A stretch of 64,000 nucleotides of DNA from Methanomassiliicoccaceae archaeon UBA593 (GTDB lineage: Archaea > Thermoplasmatota > Thermoplasmata > Methanomassiliicoccales > Methanomethylophilaceae), in assembly GCA_002495325.1 (NCBI GenBank), contig DAEQ01000002.1:112877-176876 (forward strand). Reading direction: 5' to 3'. The notes below the pieces were generated by a model, which made no database searches, was not told the origin of the DNA, and saw only the letters and a list, made by a program, of their open reading frames with translations. A program made the position numbers and the translations under genes. This document shows positions 19,898 through 27,473 of the stretch, one piece after another (position 1 is the first letter of the stretch; each line of letters begins with the position of its first letter).

Positions 19898-20878
19898 TCA
19901 CCGGTCGCGGGCCGCGATGAAACGGGCCAGCTCGATCAGGGAATCCTTGTATTCGGAGGCCGGCAGCGGCTCCAGCAGGGGCACGGCGTCCTCCACCAGC
20001 ACTTTGGCCTTGTCCAGACACCGGGCGGCGGCATCGGTTTTGGCGATGAGCGCAATGGCCTCGGCAGCATCCGCGGACGTGGCATGCGGGTCCTCGAAAA
20101 CCTCCCGCACCCGAGGTCCGACCTGCGGGTCCTCGATGGCATAGATGGTCGGCAGGGTCGGCTTGCCCTCGAGGATGTCGTTGCCGGGCTTCTTCCCGGT
20201 GTTGTCCTCGTAACCGATGACGTCCAGGACATCGTCCACGATCTGGAAGGCCTGGCCGGTCCGAAAGGCAAACTCGCCCACCCGGTCGACTATTTCCATT
20301 TCGTCGGATGCCGCCAGGTACGCACCGCACTTTGCGGCGCACTCGATGAGCCGGGCGGTCTTGCCACTGATGATGTTCATGTACTGCGGTTCGCCCACGG
20401 CGACGTTCCGTTCGTAGCGTTTCTGGGAGAACTCCCCGGTACCCATGGCAGAAGCGGCCTCGACAATGTAGTCGACGATGGCCGGTGCCGCGGAACCGAT
20501 TAGCCGGAAGCCGAGCGCGAACATGTAGTCGCCGGCGACAATGGATTTGCCCAGCGAATACTCTTTGTACAGGGCCTTGGCGCCCCGCCGCACCTCGCCC
20601 TGGTCATTGATGTCGTCGTGAATCAGGGTGGCATTGTGAATCAGTTCGATGGCCGCGCCGACGTCGATCGCCCGTTTGGCGTCACGGCCGCCGCACGAAT
20701 AATAGGAAAGGATAGTGATCGCGGGCCGAATCCGTTTACCGTGATTTGACAGGACGTATTGGCACATCTCCCGCAGCTGGGGGTTGTCGGAACGCGTGAC
20801 ATCATTCATCACGGCTTCCACCCGCTCCAGTTCGGATGAGATACACTCATGCCAGGCCTGTACCATGGATTGCGTCAT
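19898..20878 (-). CDS. trans-polyprenyl diphosphate synthase (possibly C25 or longer)
   Basis: GKRIRP, DDIND (FARM), RRG, KTA and FQIVDDVLD (SARM). Confidence 0.9.
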   Translation of the reverse strand: MTQSMVQAWHECISSELERVEAVMNDVTRSDNPQLREMCQYVLSNHGKRIRPAITILSYYSCGGRDAKRAIDVGAAIELIHNATLIHDDINDQGEVRRGAKALYKEYSLGKSIVAGDYMFALGFRLIGSAAPAIVDYIVEAASAMGTGEFSQKRYERNVAVGEPQYMNIISGKTARLIECAAKCGAYLAASDEMEIVDRVGEFAFRTGQAFQIVDDVLDVIGYEDNTGKKPGNDILEGKPTLPTIYAIEDPQVGPRVREVFEDPHATSADAAEAIALIAKTDAAARCLDKAKVLVEDAVPLLEPLPASEYKDSLIELARFIAARDR

Positions 20879-20929
20879 GGTCAGAGCGTACTTAAACGTT
20901 ATCGCTTGCTCCGCCAGGCCCCCGCCGGC

Positions 20930-22240
20930 TCAGCGGAAGTCGGCCATTGTCGGCTGTCCGCAGCGGAAAATCCGTAGACCGTTGATCAGCCCGTCGAGCA
21001 GGTGGCGCGCCCCGCCGAGACCGACGAGACTGGCATCGGTGAACGGGGCCCGGTCGGGGTACGGCGGGGCGATGGCCAAACAGGCAGCCTCAGGATTGGC
21101 CGTGTGATAGGCTGCGGCAGCGAAACCGTCAGTCAGCACCGCCCGGCAGTCGGGCGGATCCCGACGGCCTAGCGCGCCGCCGCATCCGCAACCGTCCAGG
21201 AACGCGGCTACTGCCGGCCGGTGCGGAGCCTCTGCCCGCTCGGTCAGGACAACCCCTGCCGGCAGCAGGCAAAACCAGTCGCGGAGCCACTCCGCCAGCG
21301 GCAGCACCGTCGACGGCATGCCGGCAAGGAACATCCCGTAACCGTGCAGACTGCCGGCGGCCTTGTCACTGCTGGCCAGGATACGGGCCACCGCCTGCTC
21401 TTCCGCCGTCACGGCCGTCAAGGCCGGTGCCGGGTCGAGACCGAGCACCGCAGCGGTCTCCGTCAGGAATGACCGGATCGCAGGATATCCGATCGGGGCA
21501 CCGTGCGCCGGGACCAGTGTCGGTATGCCTAGTTCCCGGCTGTACCAGGCGGCAGTATCGGCAGCATATTCCGGATGTATGAGGATGTTCAGATCGGCTG
21601 CGCCGGAAGCAGCGATCTCCTCCTTGCCGCTGCCGCAGCCCGGACAGGCGATGACGTCCGCACCCAGCAGTCCGATCAGCCCGGTCAGATTCTGACGGCC
21701 GAAAGACCAGCCACTGTCGCCGTAACTGTAGCCGAGCAGATTCACGGCCGGTCTGCCGCGGTGTCCCTGGACCGGCCGCCAATGCTGCACGATGGCCGTA
21801 ACGGTCCGGTCGAAACCCTCGCCGCAGGTAAGCGATGCCAGGTCCGGATCGGCGAGGACCGTCCGCTCTGCAAATCCGGAGCGTTCCACAGCAGTCCGCC
21901 GGTCGGTCACCTGCACCGAGGCACCCAGCGTGTCGACCAGTACCGCATCGGTCTGCCCTGCTGCGGACAGCACCGAACGCAGACCTTCGGCAATCTTGTT
22001 CCCCGCGCCGAAGATGATGTCGTCAGCGTTCAGATAAGTGCAGGGCAGCCGCGTCTGCCGGCTGAAGTATTTCGATCTGCAGCAGCCGGGGTCTTCGCCT
22101 TCGTAAGTGCCGGTCAGTTCCCGGACGAGAATCTGGGCCCGGGAACGGCAGCCGCCCGGCCCGTTGATAAGTGCCGTCATGCCGGGAAAGCCTTCGGCCG
22201 CCAGCACCGCGCCGAGGAATCCGTCTGGTTCCGTGTTCAT
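20930..22240 (-). CDS. nitrogenase component 1-like protein (NifK/BchB-like subunit, group IV)
   Basis: PDG..GA, INGPGGC and PCTYL..DDIIFG motifs; central NLLG....D....L..L....G..V and A..NILI segments. Confidence 0.8.
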   Translation of the reverse strand: MNTEPDGFLGAVLAAEGFPGMTALINGPGGCRSRAQILVRELTGTYEGEDPGCCRSKYFSRQTRLPCTYLNADDIIFGAGNKIAEGLRSVLSAAGQTDAVLVDTLGASVQVTDRRTAVERSGFAERTVLADPDLASLTCGEGFDRTVTAIVQHWRPVQGHRGRPAVNLLGYSYGDSGWSFGRQNLTGLIGLLGADVIACPGCGSGKEEIAASGAADLNILIHPEYAADTAAWYSRELGIPTLVPAHGAPIGYPAIRSFLTETAAVLGLDPAPALTAVTAEEQAVARILASSDKAAGSLHGYGMFLAGMPSTVLPLAEWLRDWFCLLPAGVVLTERAEAPHRPAVAAFLDGCGCGGALGRRDPPDCRAVLTDGFAAAAYHTANPEAACLAIAPPYPDRAPFTDASLVGLGGARHLLDGLINGLRIFRCGQPTMADFR

Positions 22241-24348
22241 ATTTCCACCTTCCTCCAGCCTTCCTGCGGCGGGATCTTCAGGGCCGCGGCCATCCGCCGG
22301 ACCCAGCTCAGCGCCCCGGTCACGCCCAGATAGGGCGTCGACAGTCCGGTCCAGCGGAAACCCTGCCGGCCGACCCGCAGGTCGGACGAGAGCAGAAGGT
22401 CGGCTCCGTACCGCCGGGCCACATCCGGCAGCCCGCAGAGCTCTACCTCGCGGAAGCGCGGGATCTCCGGATGTCCGGTCCGGTCGGGCCGCAGGTCGGT
22501 GATACGGTCCCGCCAGGCGGCTATGCCGACGATGTCGGTGTCCAGGTCCTGAAGGATGGGGACGACCCAGCTCAGGTCGCTGTCAGACCGGGTATAGAAC
22601 AGCACTTTTTTGCCGGCGAGCTGCGGCCGGAACTCCGCCAATCCGGCCTGATAACGGTCCCTGACCTGCTGCTTAACTGCCATACCCCGTTCCGGCTGAT
22701 CGGTCAGAACGGCCAGCGCGTCGATCCATTCGTATTCACCCGCCAGGCCGAACCGGGCGTTGATTACCTTGCACGGCCTTTTACCGGCCAGGAATACGTC
22801 GGCGATCCGCAGGTCGAGCGGATGGTCGGAAATCGCCAGGTTGTACTGGGCCGTCCCCGCCTGCCGGATCTGATCTGTCGTCACCTTTTCGATGAAAATG
22901 GCGTTCAGTTTCAGACCGAAGGCCGCCAGCAGTCCGTATATGAAACGGCGGTTCTCCGGCCGGGTCAGATAGTTCGGCTCGAACATGAAGAGGTTGACGG
23001 TGTGCGGGACCGTCGGCAGGCCCCAGTCGATCAGCCCGGCCAGGGCCTGCAGCGCCCCGCCGTAACCGCCGAACTTACTGCTCAGGAACTCGGGGTCGGC
23101 CGCTACCGGTGTGACCGTCACGCCCGACAGATGGATCTGCGCACAGACGGCCGGCAGGTCGGTGCCAATGGTCTCCGGCGTGCAGGTGGGGACCACGAAG
23201 ATCTCCCGGAACCCGTCGCCCGCCGCTCTCGCCACGGCCGCCTTGATAATCGCGGTATCGCCGCCGAAGGTGGTCCGTCCGTCCATTTCCGTACTGTAAA
23301 GATTGGTCGGGGCCGGCGACCGACCGCCGGCGGACAGAACCGCCTGCCGCCGCCAGGCGTACTCCATCAGGAAGGCACAGTTGCGGGCTCCGTGCAGGAC
23401 GATGGCCGCGTCACTGACCGCCAGCAGCAATTCCACCGCCCCGTGGGAGGTACAGGCCGGCATGACGAAATCGCCTTTGTAACATACGCGCCGTTCCCGG
23501 TCGTAGGCATCGAAACGGCAGGCCGTTCGTACCGCCGGCATACCCGGGTCGGTCACCGGACGGCCGGCGGCAATCTCGGTCATGGCCTTATCGCCCAGCG
23601 GCCTGGGCATCACTGGCCGGAGCTGTCCCGTCATCGCTGCCTGCACCTGGTCCGCCAGATGCGTCAGTTCCCGGGTGGCCGCCGAATCCGGAAAGGCCTC
23701 CGCTTCCGGCCGGCCGAACCCTTCGGCCTGTGAGAACAGCGGACTGCGGGTTATACGGCCGAGGATCGGTATCTGCACCGCCCGGGCAAACTCCCGCACC
23801 CGGCCCTCGTCTTCAGGGTTCCGGCTGTTCAGCACCAGGCCCAGCATGCAGGACGTTCCGTTAAGGTTGCGCAGGCCACGCAGGATGTTATTAGCCGCAT
23901 ATACCGACATGAACTCTTCCGACGTGACAATCATTATGCCGTCCACATTCTCCCGCCGCATAGGCACCGAGAACCCGCCGCAGACCACGTCCCCTAGCAC
24001 ATCGCAGATGCGCAGATCGGTGTCCGCCGGCGTGTGCTGTTCGACATATGTGAACATGGCAAGCATCCCCTTGCCCGCACAGCCGATGCCGGGCTCTGCA
24101 CCGCCGCACTCGACACAGCGGACACCGTTGATACCGTCCTGTACGACCCCGTCCTCCCGGTGCTCGGTCAGCGCATCCAGGAAAGTGCTCTGGGACACCC
24201 CGCCGGTCAGCAGCCGGGTGGAATCGTGCTTCGGGTCGCAGCCTACGTGGAGAACCTTCAGTCCGCGGCGGGACAGCAGATATGAGAGATTGGCGGCCAG
24301 CAGCGATTTGCCGACCCCGCCTTTCCCGTAGACGGCGATCTTGTACAT
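22237..24348 (-). CDS. fusion of NifH-like Fe protein and NifD-like component 1 domain (group IV nitrogenase-like reductase)
   Basis: GKGGVGKS, GCDPKHDST, EPGIGCAG, DVLGDVVCGGF and YAANNI, followed by ACTSHGA, HGARNC and PTCTPETIGTD. Confidence 0.88.
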   Translation of the reverse strand: MYKIAVYGKGGVGKSLLAANLSYLLSRRGLKVLHVGCDPKHDSTRLLTGGVSQSTFLDALTEHREDGVVQDGINGVRCVECGGAEPGIGCAGKGMLAMFTYVEQHTPADTDLRICDVLGDVVCGGFSVPMRRENVDGIMIVTSEEFMSVYAANNILRGLRNLNGTSCMLGLVLNSRNPEDEGRVREFARAVQIPILGRITRSPLFSQAEGFGRPEAEAFPDSAATRELTHLADQVQAAMTGQLRPVMPRPLGDKAMTEIAAGRPVTDPGMPAVRTACRFDAYDRERRVCYKGDFVMPACTSHGAVELLLAVSDAAIVLHGARNCAFLMEYAWRRQAVLSAGGRSPAPTNLYSTEMDGRTTFGGDTAIIKAAVARAAGDGFREIFVVPTCTPETIGTDLPAVCAQIHLSGVTVTPVAADPEFLSSKFGGYGGALQALAGLIDWGLPTVPHTVNLFMFEPNYLTRPENRRFIYGLLAAFGLKLNAIFIEKVTTDQIRQAGTAQYNLAISDHPLDLRIADVFLAGKRPCKVINARFGLAGEYEWIDALAVLTDQPERGMAVKQQVRDRYQAGLAEFRPQLAGKKVLFYTRSDSDLSWVVPILQDLDTDIVGIAAWRDRITDLRPDRTGHPEIPRFREVELCGLPDVARRYGADLLLSSDLRVGRQGFRWTGLSTPYLGVTGALSWVRRMAAALKIPPQEGWRKVEI

Positions 24349-24364
24349 ATCTAGGAGAAGGAAC

Positions 24365-24387
24365 TGATTGGATATATAAACCAATCA
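24365..24387 (-). promoter_or_regulatory. TATA box (TTTATATA on minus strand) enclosed by perfect inverted repeat TGATTGG-N9-CCAATCA
   Basis: Read directly from sequence; TATA about 25-32 nt upstream of the nifH-like ATG. Confidence 0.65.
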
Positions 24388-24431
24388 AAACAGAACGACA
24401 CGGATCCTGCCGGAAAACAGCACAAAAGGGA

Positions 24432-24449
24432 CCGGCCCCGGGGGGCCGG
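24432..24449 (-). terminator. GC hairpin downstream of fpoN (probable fpo operon terminator)
   Basis: ccggcccc-gg-ggggccgg followed on minus strand by tcccttttg. Confidence 0.55.
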
Positions 24450-24471
24450 GAAATGGTTTGGGTGTTGAACC

Positions 24472-25974
24472 TCAGATCAGACCGAAGAGCGCCGCCGCAC
24501 CCTGGGCACAGTAGTCCATGATGATGCCGGGGTACAGACCGAGCACGATGACGAAGACGACACAGACCGCGATAGCGATCGCGAAGGTCTTCGGAATCTT
24601 CAGCTTGCTGTCCGCACCCGCGGCGGGCTTCTCGATGTACATGGCCTTGATTATCCGTACGTAATAGTACAGGGAGATCGCGGAATTCAGGATGGCCACA
24701 AAGGCCAGCCAGATCCATTGGGTCATGACGCCGTCTTCGGAGTATATCGCGCTGGAGAACAGGAAGAACTTCGACGTGAAACCTGCCAGCGGCGGGACAC
24801 CGGCCAGCGAGAACAGGAACAGCAGCATGGCGAAGGCCACGAGCGGCGCCCGCTTCGCGAGACCGTTGTAATCCGTGATCTTCTCGCCCAGGCCGGCGCA
24901 GATGAGCGCACCGACGACCAGGAAGGCCCCGCCCTTCATGAACACGTGGGTGAACATGTGGAAGAGACCCGCCGACAGGGCGTATTGGCTCATGACCGCC
25001 ATGGCGATCAGGATGTAGCCCGCCTGCGCGATGGACGAGTAGGCAAGCATCCGCTTGATATTGGTCTGGGAGATGGCAACGACGTTGCCGATCGTCATGG
25101 ACAGGGCCGCGACGATAGCGAAGAGGTACTGGACCTCCACAATGCCGAGGCCGCCGACGACGTTGGCTGTTACGAGCATGACCAGGAAGATCTTGAAGAA
25201 GACCGCGAGGCCCATCTTCTTGGATCCGGTGGCGAGCATGATCGAGACCGGTGTTGAAGCACCTTCGTATACATCCGGAGCCCACATGTGGAACGGCACC
25301 ATGGCAACCTTGAACCCGTAACCGGCCATCATCGTGATGAGCGCGATGATGAAGGCCCACGAGTAGCCGCTGGCCGCCAGCGCCACACCGAGTTCGGAGA
25401 GTTCGACCGTGCCGGTCACGCCGTACAGCATCGAGATGCCGTAGATGGTCAGAGCCGTGGACAGGCCGCCGATGATGACGTACTTGACCGCCGCTTCCGC
25501 CGCCCGCGGGTCGTTCCTCTTCATGGCCACGAGGGCGTAGGAGGAGATGCTGACGGTCTCGACTCCCACAAAGATGGAGATCAGATCGTCCGCCGCGCCG
25601 ACGAACATCATGCCGGCCGCCGCGATAAGCAGCAGAGAGCTGTACGCGCCGAAGTGCAGAGTGGTGGTCTCGATACTGCTGTAGGAGACGAAGGCCACAA
25701 TGCCTACGACGATCTGGAACAGCAGGATGAGCAGACCCGAGAACGCGTCGTACGTGAACAGGTTCGCGTACGTCGCCTCGTAACCCGTGCCCAGCAGGAT
25801 CATGTTCAGGGCCAGCGAGATGAGGATAATGATCATCTGCACGGCCGTTACCGGCGCCTTCTTCTTGAATCCGAAGTAGAGCGCCGGCATGATAAGGGCG
25901 CCGATGATCATGATGATCATCGGTGCGATCGGGGTGTAGGCCCCGAAGATTCCGGTAACAATGCTTGCATCCAT
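24472..25974 (-). CDS. fpoN: Fpo/Nuo subunit N
   Basis: EAAVKY, GFKVAMVPFHMWAPDVYEGA, IKRMLAYSSIAQAGY and GVPPLAGF. Confidence 0.92.
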   Translation of the reverse strand: MDASIVTGIFGAYTPIAPMIIMIIGALIMPALYFGFKKKAPVTAVQMIIILISLALNMILLGTGYEATYANLFTYDAFSGLLILLFQIVVGIVAFVSYSSIETTTLHFGAYSSLLLIAAAGMMFVGAADDLISIFVGVETVSISSYALVAMKRNDPRAAEAAVKYVIIGGLSTALTIYGISMLYGVTGTVELSELGVALAASGYSWAFIIALITMMAGYGFKVAMVPFHMWAPDVYEGASTPVSIMLATGSKKMGLAVFFKIFLVMLVTANVVGGLGIVEVQYLFAIVAALSMTIGNVVAISQTNIKRMLAYSSIAQAGYILIAMAVMSQYALSAGLFHMFTHVFMKGGAFLVVGALICAGLGEKITDYNGLAKRAPLVAFAMLLFLFSLAGVPPLAGFTSKFFLFSSAIYSEDGVMTQWIWLAFVAILNSAISLYYYVRIIKAMYIEKPAAGADSKLKIPKTFAIAIAVCVVFVIVLGLYPGIIMDYCAQGAAALFGLI

Positions 25975-25975
25975 T

Positions 25976-27472
25976 TCAGATCACCCCGAAGAAGCCGATG
26001 GCATAAAGATCGATGTAGTGAAGCGCCAGGTCCGGCCAGAAACCGTATATGGCAACCAGGAAGGCCAGTGCGCCGAGCACGATGGCCTCGATCCTGTCCA
26101 TGTCGTGAGCTTTGCTCAGATCGATTCTGTCCGTCAGCTTGCCGAACAGCGTCCGCTGCATGGCCCACAGATAGTAACCTGCGGTCAGAAGCAGGGACAG
26201 CAGCGGCAGCACGAGAAGATAGATGACGTTGTTCGCGACCATCCACTCGTAGAACGCGTAGACGATACCGAACTCGCCCCAGAAGCCGATGAGGCCGGGG
26301 AGACCGAGCGAAGCCATGAACGCGAACATCATGAAAGTAGCGAAGTAGGGCAGCTTGCCCGCCAGTCCGCCCAGCAGCGGGATCTCTCTGGTCCCGACGC
26401 TGTGACCGGCCCAGCCGCAGACCATGAAGAGCATGGCAGAGATGAGACCGTGGGCAAACATCTGGAAGATGGCAAACTCGATACCGATGTCGGAGAGACA
26501 GCCCATCGAGACCATGACGAGACCCATATGGCTGATCGATGAGTACGCGACCATCTTCTTGAGATCGCGCTGCGCGATACAGGCGTAGGCACCGTAGATC
26601 ATCGACAGGACTCCGATGAAGATCATGACGTTCTGCCAGTTGACCGCTCCCAACGGGAGGTTCTCCAGACAGATCCGGATGATGCCGTAGGAACCCATTT
26701 TCAGCATGACGCCGGCCAGCAGGACGGATCCCGCGGTCGGGGCTTCGGTATGGGCGTCCGGCAGCCAGGTATGGAACGGGACGGCCGGCATCTTGACGGC
26801 AAAGCCGAAGAACAGCAGTCCGAAGACGAGCGTCTGGAAAACCTCGCCGAAACCGCCGACGGCGCTGTTGATGTAGTCGAAACTGAAGTTGACGCCGGCC
26901 CCGTTGATTGCCGCGGCCTCGAAGCCGAGAGCAAAGAATCCGATAAGCATGACCAGCGACGCGACGTGGGTGTAAATGAGGAACTTGATGGCCGCGTAAT
27001 GCCGGCGGGGGCCGCCGTACCACGAGATCAGGAAGTAGAACGGAATCAGAGTGACCTCCCACATGATGTAGAAGAGGAAGTAGTCCGCCGAAGTGTACAC
27101 TCCCAGCAGGCCGAACTCAATCGCGAGCAGCAGAGTGTAGAAGTAATTGGGCCGGTCGCCCTCCTTATAGGAGAAGACCAGCGCCAGAGGTACCAGCACC
27201 GAGGTCAGGAAGACCATGAGGATGCTCAGGCCGTCGACGCGGAAGATGAGATTCATCTTCACACCGGCGGTGTCGATCCAGTTCGCGCTGAAGTCGTAAG
27301 CGCTGAGATCGTCGGCGAGCAGGAGCACGACGGCGATCGCAAGGATGACCAGAGTTGTCACAAAGGCGGTGTACTTGGCATATTTCTGTCTCTTTCCGCC
27401 CATGAAGAGAGTGATAATGGCCCCGATCAGGGGTACCAGCACCAGAGCCGGCAGTAAGAACGAACCTTCCAT
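25976..27472 (-). CDS. fpoM: Fpo/Nuo subunit M
   Basis: WEVTLIP, AVKMP.VPFHTWLPDAHTEAP, LKMG.YG and YSSISHMG. Confidence 0.93.
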   Translation of the reverse strand: MEGSFLLPALVLVPLIGAIITLFMGGKRQKYAKYTAFVTTLVILAIAVVLLLADDLSAYDFSANWIDTAGVKMNLIFRVDGLSILMVFLTSVLVPLALVFSYKEGDRPNYFYTLLLAIEFGLLGVYTSADYFLFYIMWEVTLIPFYFLISWYGGPRRHYAAIKFLIYTHVASLVMLIGFFALGFEAAAINGAGVNFSFDYINSAVGGFGEVFQTLVFGLLFFGFAVKMPAVPFHTWLPDAHTEAPTAGSVLLAGVMLKMGSYGIIRICLENLPLGAVNWQNVMIFIGVLSMIYGAYACIAQRDLKKMVAYSSISHMGLVMVSMGCLSDIGIEFAIFQMFAHGLISAMLFMVCGWAGHSVGTREIPLLGGLAGKLPYFATFMMFAFMASLGLPGLIGFWGEFGIVYAFYEWMVANNVIYLLVLPLLSLLLTAGYYLWAMQRTLFGKLTDRIDLSKAHDMDRIEAIVLGALAFLVAIYGFWPDLALHYIDLYAIGFFGVI

Positions 27473-27473
27473 C

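Noticed and set aside
20930-24348. True nitrogen fixation (nifHDK) or coenzyme F430 reductase CfbC/D
   Set aside because: FeMo-co ligands and nifB/E/N are absent and the K-like subunit lacks the P-cluster Cys set. The H-D fusion plus a second subunit does not fit homodimeric CfbD, and no cfb genes are adjacent.
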